A stretch of DNA of 64,000 bases from Myxococcales bacterium (GCA_023248545.1 JAHFEF010000011.1:162-64161); one strand, 5' to 3'; counted from the first letter of the stretch, positions 9,279-18,839 are shown. The notes: generated by a model from the sequence alone, not told the origin. A program made the numbers and translations.

Positions 9279-11382
9279 CTGGCTCTTTACCTATGGCACG
9301 TTTGCGGCTGAGTCTAATCTTGCCTTCTCGGTCAATGCTCAAAACGACAACGTTTACTTCATCGCCTTCTTGCAACACATCGCTGACTTGGTTGACGCGT
9401 GTATCAGCTAGTTCGGACACATGAACCAAGCCTTCAGTGCCAGGGAAGAGTTCGACGAAAGCACCGAAATCCATCAAGCGTTTCACCAATCCACGGTAAA
9501 CGACACCGATTTCAGCTTCTTTCGTAATATCTTCGATAATGCGCATGGCTTTTTTGAGGCTTTCAGAGCCTACAGCCGCAATGCGAACGACACCGTCATC
9601 CGTAATATCAACTTTGGCGCCCGTTCTAGCCACGATGTCTCGAATGACGCGACCACCAGGACCGATAATATCGCGAATCTTGTCCGGGTGGATTCGAATG
9701 GTTGTGATGCGAGGAGCGTATTCAGACAACTGAGCGCGTGCTTCAGACAAGCCTTTCTTCATTTCGCCCAAAATGTGCAAACGGCCAACGCGCGCTTGCT
9801 CCAAGGCTTGCATGAGGATTTCGCGCGATAGACCGTCGATCTTGATGTCCATCTGAATGGCCGTAACGCCAGAGTCCGTGCCACAGACTTTGAAGTCCAT
9901 GTCACCTAAGTGGTCTTCATCGCCCAAGATATCGCTCAAGACAGCGACGCGGTTGCCTTCTTTAATCAATCCCATCGCAATGCCAGCCACTGGGGCTTTG
10001 AGCTTGATACCTGCATCCCACATGGCTAATGTTGCGCCACAAACTGAGGCCATTGACGAAGAACCATTAGATTCTGTAATTTCAGAGACAATTCGAATCG
10101 TATACGGAAAATCATCGCCCTGATCGGCCATTTTATCAACGGCGCGTTCTGCCAATGCACCGTGGCCGATCTCACGCCTGGAAGTGCCCCTGAGTGGCTT
10201 CGTTTCACCGACCGAAAATGGCGGGAAATTGTAGTGCAACATGAACTTGCGCGAAGACTCGCCCAAGAGCGTGTCCGTTCGTTGTTCATCTTCTTGGGTT
10301 CCAAGAGTGACACTCACAATGGCCTGGGTTTCACCTCGGGTAAACAGAGCAGAACCATGCGCTCTAGGCAAAACACCTGCTTCGGCACAAATGGGTCTGA
10401 TTTGGTCATAACCACGCCCGTCGATCCTTTTTTTAGAATCCAAGACACCAAAGCGCATGAGGTTAGATTTGACATCGCCAAAATAATCTCCGGCGAGTGC
10501 CAGTTCTTCTTCAGAAAAGCCAGCAAGCGCTTTTTCTTTGGAATCAGCAATGGCCTGATAACGGTCTTGTTTTTCGACCATCTTGAGGGCTTTATCCAGG
10601 CCAGCTTCAAGTGCGGATTTTTTGACGCGTTCGAACAAATCAGCGTTTTGAGTAGGTGCATCAAAGCTTAATTTTTCAACACCCATGTGTTCGCGCATTT
10701 CGTGACAAGCCTGAATCACTTTTTGGCCTTCGGCGTGCGCAAAAAACAAAGCATCTACCAGGTCTGCTTCAGAGACCTGATCGGCTCCGCCTTCGACCAT
10801 CACAATGGCGTCTTTGGAAGAAGCCACGAACATATCTATATCGCTTTTGGCCAAGGTTGACACTGTTGGGTTAGCTACCAATTGGCCGTCCACGCGGCCG
10901 ACTCGAACGCCTGCAATGGGGCCTGAGTCTGTTGCAAATGGCAAGTTGCTGACATGCAATGCCATCGAAGCACCACATAAAGCCATGACATCTGTATCGT
11001 GTTCACCGTCGTGCGACATGACAGTTGCTATTACTTGGACTTCGTTGTGAAAGCCTTCAGGAAATAGGGGCCTAATCGAACGATCGATGATTCGAGCGTT
11101 TAATATCTCAGCGTCTCGAGGTTTGGTTTCGCGCTTGAAAAACCCGCCTGGGATTCGACCCGCTGCGTAGGCTTTTTCAATGTATTCGCAGGTGAGGGGA
11201 AAGAAATCGATGCCTTCTCTGGGTTTGGTGCTGGCACAAACTGTTACCAGTACGACAGAGTCGCCCCAGCGAACCCATACCGCGCCTGAGGCTTGTTTGG
11301 CAATTTTACCCATTTCAAAAGTCATGGGTGTGTCGCCAATCAAGGCGCTGGTCGTAAAATGTTTTTTGCTGTTGTGATCCAT
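9256..11382 (-). CDS. pnp: polyribonucleotide nucleotidyltransferase (PNPase)
   Basis: Two RNase PH domains, then KH and S1 (C-terminal GLVHVSELADTRVNQVSDVLQEGDEVNVVVLSIDREGKIRLS). 708 aa. Confidence 0.95.
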   Translation of the reverse strand: MDHNSKKHFTTSALIGDTPMTFEMGKIAKQASGAVWVRWGDSVVLVTVCASTKPREGIDFFPLTCEYIEKAYAAGRIPGGFFKRETKPRDAEILNARIIDRSIRPLFPEGFHNEVQVIATVMSHDGEHDTDVMALCGASMALHVSNLPFATDSGPIAGVRVGRVDGQLVANPTVSTLAKSDIDMFVASSKDAIVMVEGGADQVSEADLVDALFFAHAEGQKVIQACHEMREHMGVEKLSFDAPTQNADLFERVKKSALEAGLDKALKMVEKQDRYQAIADSKEKALAGFSEEELALAGDYFGDVKSNLMRFGVLDSKKRIDGRGYDQIRPICAEAGVLPRAHGSALFTRGETQAIVSVTLGTQEDEQRTDTLLGESSRKFMLHYNFPPFSVGETKPLRGTSRREIGHGALAERAVDKMADQGDDFPYTIRIVSEITESNGSSSMASVCGATLAMWDAGIKLKAPVAGIAMGLIKEGNRVAVLSDILGDEDHLGDMDFKVCGTDSGVTAIQMDIKIDGLSREILMQALEQARVGRLHILGEMKKGLSEARAQLSEYAPRITTIRIHPDKIRDIIGPGGRVIRDIVARTGAKVDITDDGVVRIAAVGSESLKKAMRIIEDITKEAEIGVVYRGLVKRLMDFGAFVELFPGTEGLVHVSELADTRVNQVSDVLQEGDEVNVVVLSIDREGKIRLSRKRAIGKEPGEKINLS

Positions 11383-11386
11383 AAAA

Positions 11387-11650
11387 TTATTTGCGCAATC
11401 CTAGGGCGCCAATCAACTTCTTATACCGAGTGTGGTCAAGTTGGCTTAAATATTTAATCAGCCGACGTCGCTGAGATACCATTTTCATGAGACCTCTTCG
11501 AGAATGATGGTCTTTCTCGTGGGTTTTAAAATGGTCAGTCAAGTGGTTGATTCGATCCGTCAGCAGCGCGGCTTGAACTTCCGGAGAACCCGTGTCAGAC
11601 GCATGTTGAGCAAATTGAGAAACGATTTCTTGTTTGGGACGAAGAGTCAT
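11387..11650 (-). CDS. rpsO: 30S ribosomal protein S15
   Basis: 87 aa ending ...[12 protein letters not shown] (E. coli ...YTQLIERLGLRR). Lies only 4 nt upstream of pnp. Confidence 0.95.
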   Translation of the reverse strand: MTLRPKQEIVSQFAQHASDTGSPEVQAALLTDRINHLTDHFKTHEKDHHSRRGLMKMVSQRRRLIKYLSQLDHTRYKKLIGALGLRK

Positions 11651-11748
11651 ATTTTTTCACCTTGTGAAGACACCCTGGAAACAGCCAAAATGGCCATTAT
11701 GACCGGGTCTTTTATAACCGCCGTTTATCCCAGGCTTATCGCATGCTG

Positions 11749-12681
11749 TCAAGACAGCGCCCGCAAAATCCTGTCTTTGATGCTTTCCCATTCTTTGCCC
11801 TCTGGTAATCTCTCGATCCAGAGGCTTTGGGTTTTCGAAGCTTCGAGCCTGTATAGCGCGGCAAAGAGTCCTTTGGCGTAGCCTTTTGGATTATTTGGCA
11901 ATATTTCATACACCCGGCTTTCGAAATACCGGGGCGTGTGTACTAAGAAGGCTGTTCCCGGGGGGGCTCGCTCGAGTTCTTCTAGACTGGCCAGCTTAAT
12001 TTCGGGGATTAGCGGCGCATAGTGTTTATCGAGTCGGCCGGGAGAACCCTGGATTTTCCCCGAAGTATCCCGGCCAATAGGATCAAGATTGAGAGCTCCC
12101 GGCCTTAAAACAACTGGCGGATTCTGGGAGATATCTATGACAGTGGATTCGAGGCCATATTCACAGGGCCCTGCATCCAAAACAGCGCTGATTTTGTCAC
12201 CCAGGGTGAGCAGCACATGATCCGCCGTGGTGCTGCTGGGGCGCCCAGAAGCATTGGCGCTGGGAGCAACTACGGGTGCGTCGATCAATCTGAGTAATTC
12301 GAGCGCAACCGGGTGCGCTGGCACGCGCACGGCGACTTTATCTAAGCCACCAGTTGCTAGCATGGGTACATGCTTGGCTTTTGGGGCGACGAGGGTGAGC
12401 GGTCCGGGCCAATATTTTTGGGCCAGCTGCCAAAAAAGTTCAGGAGATTCTAAATCCAGGAGCTCAAGAGCTTTTTGAGCTGAGTGTACGTGCAAGATTA
12501 ACGGGTTATAAGCAGGTCGATTTTTGGCTGCGAATACTTTTGAGATCGCTGCTTCGTCTAAGCCTAAAGCTCCAAGACCATAGACCGTTTCCGTCGGGAA
12601 AGCGACCAATTCGCCGGCACGAATTAATTCGGCCGTTTTCTGGATGTTGGTTTGGGTGGCAGGGAACCTTTGACAAAGCAT
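11749..12681 (-). CDS. tsaC: L-threonylcarbamoyladenylate synthase (Sua5/YrdC/TsaC family, long Sua5-type)
   Basis: YrdC motifs AFPTETVYGLG and KxR...PSAN, plus a Sua5 C-terminal domain. 310 aa. Confidence 0.85.
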   Translation of the reverse strand: MLCQRFPATQTNIQKTAELIRAGELVAFPTETVYGLGALGLDEAAISKVFAAKNRPAYNPLILHVHSAQKALELLDLESPELFWQLAQKYWPGPLTLVAPKAKHVPMLATGGLDKVAVRVPAHPVALELLRLIDAPVVAPSANASGRPSSTTADHVLLTLGDKISAVLDAGPCEYGLESTVIDISQNPPVVLRPGALNLDPIGRDTSGKIQGSPGRLDKHYAPLIPEIKLASLEELERAPPGTAFLVHTPRYFESRVYEILPNNPKGYAKGLFAALYRLEASKTQSLWIERLPEGKEWESIKDRILRALS

Positions 12682-12705
12682 GGCGCTTCATAGCACTCTT
12701 AGGCC

Positions 12706-13413
12706 GTGAACGGAATGATCCTTGCAGCTGGGCTGGGCGTGCGCCTGAGGCCCCTCACTCTTACCAAGCCCAAACCCTTGATTGAGCTCCATGGTAAGCC
12801 TCTTATCCAATACACGCTGGACTACATGGCTCAGGCCGGGGTCAAGAAAATCGCGATTAATACGCATTATTTAGCTGATCAAATTCCCCAAGTGTTGGGC
12901 GATCACTATAAAGGCATCCCTATCTCCTACCTATATGAACCTGAGATTTTGGGGACAGGTGGTGGCCTTAAAAACGCCTGCGAGCAAGTATTGGGTTTCG
13001 ACGATCCGATATTTCTGATGAACAGCGATATTGCTGTTGATCTAGACCTGCCTGGTTTTTTGGCTGCACATGAAAAAGCCCAGCCAGCAGCGACGCTTTT
13101 ATTAAAGACCGTTTCGAGACCTAAAGGTTTTGTGGAAATTGGAACTGATGCCGAGGGCTACGTGCGAGGAATGATCGGCCTTGTGCCCTATGCGGGACCT
13201 CAATTATTAGAGCGTCTATTTTGTGGCACACACGTGATTTCACCCGAGGCCTTGAGTCGGCTGCCTCAGCAAAAAAAATTTGGGATCATCGATGGCTTTT
13301 ATGTGCCACTGCTCAAAGCCGGTTTGGAAATTCTAGGTGTCGAACAAGTCGGAGCGTATTTTGACCTCGGCACGCTGGCAAGTCTTCAGGAAGCAGAGAA
13401 TTTTTTCAGTTGA
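12706..13413 (+). CDS. nucleotidyltransferase-family protein (sugar-1-phosphate nucleotidyltransferase-like)
   Basis: N-terminal MILAAGLGVRLRPLTLTKPKPL (G-x-G-t-R-L motif), 235 aa. Divergent from tsaC. Confidence 0.75.
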   Translation: MNGMILAAGLGVRLRPLTLTKPKPLIELHGKPLIQYTLDYMAQAGVKKIAINTHYLADQIPQVLGDHYKGIPISYLYEPEILGTGGGLKNACEQVLGFDDPIFLMNSDIAVDLDLPGFLAAHEKAQPAATLLLKTVSRPKGFVEIGTDAEGYVRGMIGLVPYAGPQLLERLFCGTHVISPEALSRLPQQKKFGIIDGFYVPLLKAGLEILGVEQVGAYFDLGTLASLQEAENFFS

Positions 13414-13445
13414 ATAAATAATTTTCCGTGCTAGGGGACCGGGCT

Positions 13446-14942
13446 ATGACAAATACACAACGCATCAGCACCGAAGTAACCAATTTCTTAAACCAACCCA
13501 AAAAACTCCTGATCAACGGCGAGTGGATGGCCAGCCAATCAAACAAGAATTTTGGCGTCGAAAATCCCGCCAACGGGGACACGCTGGGTCAAGTGGCCCA
13601 CGGAGAGGCGGCCGATATAGACAAAGCCGTTCGTGCTGCTCGCGAAGCATTTGACCACGGTCCGTGGACAAAAATGATGGTCGCCGAGCGTTCCAAGATG
13701 ATTTGGAAATTGGCGGATTTGATGGAGCAACATGCGGAGCAATTCGCGCAGCTCGAGTCACTCGACAATGGTAAGCCCCTGGCTGTTGCTCGGGCTGCTG
13801 ATGTGCCACTTGCTGTGGATATTTTTAGATACATGGCTGGTTGGTCGACGAAGATTCACGGCGAAACTTTTCCTGTGTCGGTCCCCTATACACCCGATAC
13901 ACGCTATTTAACTTACACCCTGAAAGAACCGGTCGGCGTTGTGGGGCAGATTATTCCCTGGAACTTTCCGTTGTTGATGGCGGCTTGGAAATTGGCACCG
14001 GCGCTCGCCAGTGGCTGCACAGTGGTTTTGAAACCTGCTGAGCAGACGCCACTGTCGGCTTTGCTATTGGGCGAACTGGTTCTAAAAGCCGGATTCCCCA
14101 AAGGCGTTGTTAATATTGTCACGGGCTTTGGAGACGCAGGCGCGGCATTGGTGCAGCATCCAATGGTCGATAAAGTGGCGTTTACGGGTTCTACAGAAGT
14201 GGGTCGCTTAATTTTGCAGGGTGCGGCCAGTAATCTGAAAAAAGTTTCGCTTGAATTGGGAGGTAAGTCACCCAATATTGTTTTTGCGGATGCCGATTTA
14301 GACGCCGCGATTGCCGGCGCAGCCAGTGCAATATTTTTCAACCATGGTCAGTGTTGCTGCGCAGGTTCGCGTTTGTTTGTCGAACACAGCGTGTTTGATC
14401 GGGTGGTTGACGGTGTATCGAAAATCGCCGAGGCCATCCAAATTGGAGATGGGTTTGACCCCGGTACCCAAATGGGGCCTTTGGTATCGCGAGAGCAGTT
14501 TGACAAAGTGTGTGGCTATATCCAATCTGGAGTCAAAGACGGCGCGCAGCTTAAAGCCGGCGGAAAAGCGTTGGAGCGTCCTGGCTATTTCGTCAGGCCA
14601 ACCGTGATGACGGATACGGCGTCACACATGAAGGTGATTCAGGAAGAAATCTTTGGACCTGTGGTGGCCGCGATGCCATTTAAAAATACCGATGACGTAG
14701 TTAAAGAAGCCAATAACACGGACTATGGCCTCGCAGCTGGTATTTGGACGCGTGATTTGAGCAAAGCACACGCCATGAGCGCCAAGTTGCGCGTGGGAAC
14801 AACCTGGGTGAACTGTTATAATATTTTCGACGCTGCGTTGCCTTTTGGGGGTTACAAGCAATCCGGTTGGGGCCGCGAGATGGGCAAACAAGCGATTGAC
14901 TTGTACACCGAGACTAAGTCGGTCTGTTTGCCTTTATCCTAA
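13446..14942 (+). CDS. NAD(P)-dependent aldehyde dehydrogenase
   Basis: ALDH catalytic motifs ELGGKSP and FFNHGQCCCAGSR (catalytic Cys), plus the Rossmann GxxxxG. Start preferred at 13446 (SD AGGGGA 9 nt upstream); the ORF opens at 13428. Confidence 0.9.
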   Translation: MTNTQRISTEVTNFLNQPKKLLINGEWMASQSNKNFGVENPANGDTLGQVAHGEAADIDKAVRAAREAFDHGPWTKMMVAERSKMIWKLADLMEQHAEQFAQLESLDNGKPLAVARAADVPLAVDIFRYMAGWSTKIHGETFPVSVPYTPDTRYLTYTLKEPVGVVGQIIPWNFPLLMAAWKLAPALASGCTVVLKPAEQTPLSALLLGELVLKAGFPKGVVNIVTGFGDAGAALVQHPMVDKVAFTGSTEVGRLILQGAASNLKKVSLELGGKSPNIVFADADLDAAIAGAASAIFFNHGQCCCAGSRLFVEHSVFDRVVDGVSKIAEAIQIGDGFDPGTQMGPLVSREQFDKVCGYIQSGVKDGAQLKAGGKALERPGYFVRPTVMTDTASHMKVIQEEIFGPVVAAMPFKNTDDVVKEANNTDYGLAAGIWTRDLSKAHAMSAKLRVGTTWVNCYNIFDAALPFGGYKQSGWGREMGKQAIDLYTETKSVCLPLS

Positions 14943-14950
14943 AAAATAGG

Positions 14951-14979
14951 TTGCATGATACGATGGCTTATCGTATCAT
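14951..14979 (+). promoter_or_regulatory. putative sigma70 promoter (TTGCAT-17-TATCAT) containing a 9-bp-arm palindrome TGATACGAT-ggctt-ATCGTATCA (14956-14978), a likely VapB operator
   Basis: Hexamers and palindrome read directly. The -10 ends 7 nt before ATG 14986 with no SD, so the transcript is possibly leaderless. Confidence 0.4.
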
Positions 14980-14985
14980 TGGACT

Positions 14986-15204
14986 ATGAAGGTAACAGCG
15001 CTGATTCCCGATGATTTAGTCCAAGAAGTTAAAAGTCTGTCTCATGCAAAGACAACTACTGAAGCATTGGTGATTGTGATGACCGAGTGGCTTTCGTCCA
15101 AACGGTTGCGTACTTTAAACGAAAAAGTTCAGAAATCTCCATTGCAATTTCGGGATGATTTTTCAGCGGACAAAGTACGCGCGTTGAACAGGCAAACCAC
15201 ATGA
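14986..15204 (+). CDS. vapB: VapB-like antitoxin
   Basis: 72-aa ORF immediately upstream of a PIN toxin, overlapping it by 4 nt. Confidence 0.6.
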   Translation: MKVTALIPDDLVQEVKSLSHAKTTTEALVIVMTEWLSSKRLRTLNEKVQKSPLQFRDDFSADKVRALNRQTT

Positions 15205-15569
15205 TTCTGGTGGATACATCTGTTTGGATTGACTTTTTTCGTGGCAGAGCTGCTGCCGCTCGGTTGAGTGATCTCATTGAGCAGCGAGAAATTGCGACCA
15301 TCGGCTGTATTTTTGCTGAGCTCCTGCAAGGAGCTCGTAGTCAGGAAGAGGTTGAGACCCTGAGTAGTTACTGGGCCGATTTGCCAAGGCTAAATGAAGA
15401 CTCAATTTGGTTTGAGGCAGGATTGCTTTCGTTTCAAAATAAATATTACACCAGAGGTGTCGGCTTGATCGACCTGGCGATCATAACAGCTGCGCGAAAA
15501 AATCAATGTCGAATTTGGACACTGGATAAGAAGCTTCAAAGCGTTTTAGAGTTGTCGGAAGTTTTTTAA
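15201..15569 (+). CDS. vapC: type II toxin VapC (PIN domain)
   Basis: MILVDTSVWIDFF (Asp-4), internal acidic residues and a C-terminal ...LDLAIITAA...IWTLD, typical of PIN. Confidence 0.8.
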   Translation: MILVDTSVWIDFFRGRAAAARLSDLIEQREIATIGCIFAELLQGARSQEEVETLSSYWADLPRLNEDSIWFEAGLLSFQNKYYTRGVGLIDLAIITAARKNQCRIWTLDKKLQSVLELSEVF

Positions 15570-15586
15570 AAAGCCTAGCCTCTTAG

Positions 15587-16672
15587 CTAAAGCCTCAGGC
15601 GTTCCGCGATATATTTTGCGAATATCGCCGACGTATCGACCACTTGGGCCTCATAGCCCAGTGCCTGATGGACGGTGCTTGTGTTCAAAGCCAACGGCAA
15701 CTCAGTGCAGGCGAGCAACACGTGAGAAACAGGTGGGTTGGCAAGTTCCCGGATGACAGTGCTGAGTTTTTGCTGACCCACTTCAATTTGACCGGACTTA
15801 ATCAGATCGATGGCTTCTTGAACCCGGGGTTGTTCATTTTCAGTGGGCGTAGCGACGTTCATGCCTAGGTTGCGCAGTGCTTTAGGGTAAAGCTCATGTT
15901 CGTAGGCACTGGTGGTGCCAAGCACCAAAATTCGGGCGGGTGCAGGGCTGCTTTGTCGCAATTGATTGGACACATAACTGACGCCGTCAAACATGCGGTT
16001 TCTAGAAAATAAATTAAATAATCCAAGCCGAATGTGTGCCGTGTTGCTTGCCAAGACAAACTCGTCGACCCCCGGTTGGCTCACGAAATTCCAAATATCG
16101 TGCAAATAGTCCAAGGCCCATAGATGGAGTGCCGCCAAAAAATTCCGAGGTGGATGTGGATTTGAATCGAGTTTGATCTCAACCGAGTGTGTCGGAGCTT
16201 TCCCGAAGTTAAATTCGGCTTCAATCTGTTTAATTAAACTTGCGTCGGCGAGGGGGCCTAGGCCCCCTAGAATGCCTATACTTTTTTCTGGCTGTGAATG
16301 GCTATTGCGCAGCGTCAGCAAAATTTGAGGCCGGTCTGACTCGTTTGGGAAGTGCTTGGCCAACTCCGTTTGCAACTCAGAATAATAAGCCCAGTTTGAC
16401 AATGGCAAATGGAGCGTGAGGGTGTCTGAAGCGGGGGCGGTACTGCTGGCCAAATATCGACCAACGATGCGGGTACTCCAAGCTTGTGGGCTTTCTCCTG
16501 GAGCAGGCTGAATACTTCCAAAAATGCTGCTTGTACCCCGAGGACGCGGAGAACACAACGTGAGCTCGCTGTGATCAATGGCGGTCTGATGTTTGGCTGG
16601 GGATACGGCTGTGCCTAAAACAGCCACAGTCGGTGAAACAGGGATTTTTTCAGTTGCGGGTTGAACCAACAT
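15587..16672 (-). CDS. aspartate/glutamate racemase-family protein with an unusual ~130-aa N-terminal extension
   Basis: The C-terminal ~230 aa carry IGILGGLGPLA and LACTELP (Asp racemase signatures). The extension has no internal Met, so the start may be a non-ATG codon further in. Confidence 0.65.
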   Translation of the reverse strand: MLVQPATEKIPVSPTVAVLGTAVSPAKHQTAIDHSELTLCSPRPRGTSSIFGSIQPAPGESPQAWSTRIVGRYLASSTAPASDTLTLHLPLSNWAYYSELQTELAKHFPNESDRPQILLTLRNSHSQPEKSIGILGGLGPLADASLIKQIEAEFNFGKAPTHSVEIKLDSNPHPPRNFLAALHLWALDYLHDIWNFVSQPGVDEFVLASNTAHIRLGLFNLFSRNRMFDGVSYVSNQLRQSSPAPARILVLGTTSAYEHELYPKALRNLGMNVATPTENEQPRVQEAIDLIKSGQIEVGQQKLSTVIRELANPPVSHVLLACTELPLALNTSTVHQALGYEAQVVDTSAIFAKYIAERLRL

Positions 16673-16755
16673 GACGAAACCTCGCAGTGTTTAGCGACGA
16701 GGCTGCGGATTTGGCCGTTTTGGAATGCTTTGACCTGTCCAGGAGTTTTTACTTC

Positions 16756-17271
16756 ATGGTGAAGACAAATGTCTGGGCTATCTTATGGGTTCTATTAAGC
16801 TGTCTTTCTGTTCATGCTGCCAATCCTTCCAGCGCTGATATTACTCAGAATACTGAAAGCATATTGGCGCTGAAAGCAAGCATCGACAACATGACCCAGC
16901 AATTGGCTGGTATGACTGAATCGCTGACATCGGTGGTATCAGCGATTTCCAACAGCAATGGAATCGCGGAAAAAATCAATACCAATGTCGAAAGAATTAT
17001 TCCGATGATTCCAGCAGTTTCAAACGTTGTGGGAGACACGGCAACGGAATTAGGGAGAGTGGCGGATAGAATTGGAAATGCAACGGAACTGCTTCAAAGC
17101 AAAACCAGCCTAGCAATTGTTGCTGAAACAGCCGGTGTGGGCGCGGGTGTCATTATTGGTGCTGCGTTTTTGGCCTGGACACTGTTTCACAATGTTCACA
17201 AGTGTCTACATAATCGCCAGAACTCGGGGCATAACGATCCAGTCGTTCCCACGGGCGCTTCGCCTGCATAG
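16756..17271 (+). CDS. secreted protein with a C-terminal transmembrane anchor, unknown function
   Basis: SD AGGAG 10 nt before ATG 16756. Signal peptide MVKTNVWAILWVLLSCLSVHA. C-terminal hydrophobic helix AGVGAGVIIGAAFLAWTLF. Confidence 0.5.
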   Translation: MVKTNVWAILWVLLSCLSVHAANPSSADITQNTESILALKASIDNMTQQLAGMTESLTSVVSAISNSNGIAEKINTNVERIIPMIPAVSNVVGDTATELGRVADRIGNATELLQSKTSLAIVAETAGVGAGVIIGAAFLAWTLFHNVHKCLHNRQNSGHNDPVVPTGASPA

Positions 17272-17278
17272 GGCTTAA

Positions 17279-18154
17279 TTAACTACCACAAGCACTCTGC
17301 GACGTTACCCATAGGCATGGTTTACCGACGAGCGTTGTCCCCGCACAGACCACCTGTGACCGAAGTTGTTGGCATTGGGTGGCTGGCGTACAAGTCGTTC
17401 CACTCCAAAAACAGGAACCGTCTGAGGCAAAAGCAACCTGGCAGGCCAGCTGGTTGGTCAAATTGGAACATTGGAAATTCTGAGTTTTGACATAACAACC
17501 TAGGCTGTCAGCCCAACTGCATCGGGTTCCTAACTGAGACGTGGCGAGGCAAGAAGTTTGGCTGGTTGCTTGGTAGCAAAAGTCTGTGGCGACGCAAGCA
17601 CCGGAACTACCTGTTTGGGAAATCCAGTAACAACCACTTCCCGAAATCGCTTGTTGGTTACAGATGGCTTGGTTAGAAATTTGTGAGCACTGTGTGATCG
17701 ACGAGATACAAGTGCTAGATATGCTGTTCCAAATACAACTAGTGGTTGGACAGGTTGCTAGGGTGAGATTGGAGCTGCAAAAATTAGAAGGTTGATTCGA
17801 GTAGATGCAGCCAGAACCCAACCAAGAACAGGTTGTGCCAGACAACGAGGTTGCCAAACAGGAGTTTCCGGTCGATGTTTGGGAGCAGGTGCTGGCTTGG
17901 ACGCAATATAAACCGGCCCAGAAGCAGCCCACACCATTAAGTGTTTGGAGCGAGCACAATACAGGATCTGTCACGTCAGAACATTGGCTGGGTGCTTCGG
18001 TGCAAATGCTTCCTGTCCAAGTACACGTCGCTGGGCAAAGATTAAATGTTGTATAGAATCTGCAGCTATTGGCGTTATTGGTCGTGCTAACGCCGCTGCA
18101 GGCCGCAAGGGTTAGAAGAACCAGTAGGACCAGTAATTTCACGCAGTTGTTCAT
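17279..18154 (-). CDS. cysteine-rich repeat lipoprotein (8 tandem ~33-aa units, 4 Cys each), unknown function
   Basis: Lipobox LTLAAC. Units follow C-x7-C-x-W-x3-5-C-x6-8-C (e.g. SCLATSLSGTTCSWLGSGCIYSNQPSNFC). Ser/Thr/Gln-rich. Confidence 0.7.
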   Translation of the reverse strand: MNNCVKLLVLLVLLTLAACSGVSTTNNANSCRFYTTFNLCPATCTWTGSICTEAPSQCSDVTDPVLCSLQTLNGVGCFWAGLYCVQASTCSQTSTGNSCLATSLSGTTCSWLGSGCIYSNQPSNFCSSNLTLATCPTTSCIWNSISSTCISSITQCSQISNQAICNQQAISGSGCYWISQTGSSGACVATDFCYQATSQTSCLATSQLGTRCSWADSLGCYVKTQNFQCSNLTNQLACQVAFASDGSCFWSGTTCTPATQCQQLRSQVVCAGTTLVGKPCLWVTSQSACGS

Positions 18155-18420
18155 GTGGGTAGCTTACCATGTAATCCAATTAAGATTTGTTCTATCTTTT
18201 CGGGGGTGCAGGCGTCATGCCAAACACCCTCCGGGTAGACAACCATGATGGGGCCATTTTTGCAGACTTGCAGACAATTGGCTTTGGTTCGGCGTACTTG
18301 ATCACCCAGGCCAAGCTCTGCAATGCGACGTTTTAAGTACTCCCAAGATTTGAGGCCTTCATCATGGTTACAGCACTTTGGCTTGGTTTGGTCCGAACAT
18401 AGAAAGATGTGTTTTTGCAT
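18151..18420 (-). CDS. thioredoxin-like [2Fe-2S] ferredoxin-family small protein
   Basis: 89 aa with Cys at HIFLCSDQ, KCCN, CLQVCKNGP, matching the pattern of TRX-like ferredoxins. Overlaps the Cys-rich lipoprotein gene by 4 nt. Confidence 0.6.
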   Translation of the reverse strand: MQKHIFLCSDQTKPKCCNHDEGLKSWEYLKRRIAELGLGDQVRRTKANCLQVCKNGPIMVVYPEGVWHDACTPEKIEQILIGLHGKLPT

Positions 18421-18494
18421 TTTGCTGAAATATCACAGAGAGTTTCTCACTTCTATCATCTCGGGGAGTGCGTTAATAGAGTGTCCGAGCAAGT

Positions 18495-18839
18495 TTATGG
18501 CACCACAGGATTCGACAAACGAACCCATGCAGTCTCCCTAAAATCGGGCAGATAGGGCTCAGCATTTCGCGCATTCGCATAGAGCTTATTTAGGTTTTCC
18601 CGGGTAACACCTCCATAAACACTCGTACACCACTCGAAATTTCCACGATAACGAAGTGTCAATGTTAACAAACTATCCGTCGTGAGTTCAACAACAAATG
18701 AAGTATATTTCGTGTCGAATGAGGCGTTTCTGAAAGTAACCGAGTTCCCAGGCCGCGGCCGAATTACTTCCTCCCAGTTGACAGCAAAAGTACTTTGAGC
18801 CGAAACCAATATAAGAGCCAGGATCACCCGTCTTATCAT
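18495..18839 (-). CDS. small secreted protein, unknown function
   Basis: Signal peptide MIRRVILALILVSAQSTFA. Confidence 0.5.
   Translation of the reverse strand: MIRRVILALILVSAQSTFAVNWEEVIRPRPGNSVTFRNASFDTKYTSFVVELTTDSLLTLTLRYRGNFEWCTSVYGGVTRENLNKLYANARNAEPYLPDFRETAWVRLSNPVVP

Noticed and set aside
9421-10671. antisense ORFs inside pnp (9421-9831, 10162-10671, 10314-10664 and others)
   Set aside because: Inside the conserved PNPase gene; typical antisense open frames in a GC-balanced gene.
13513-14891. multiple ORFs antisense or out of frame within the aldehyde dehydrogenase gene
   Set aside because: The ALDH frame has all catalytic motifs; the alternatives have none.
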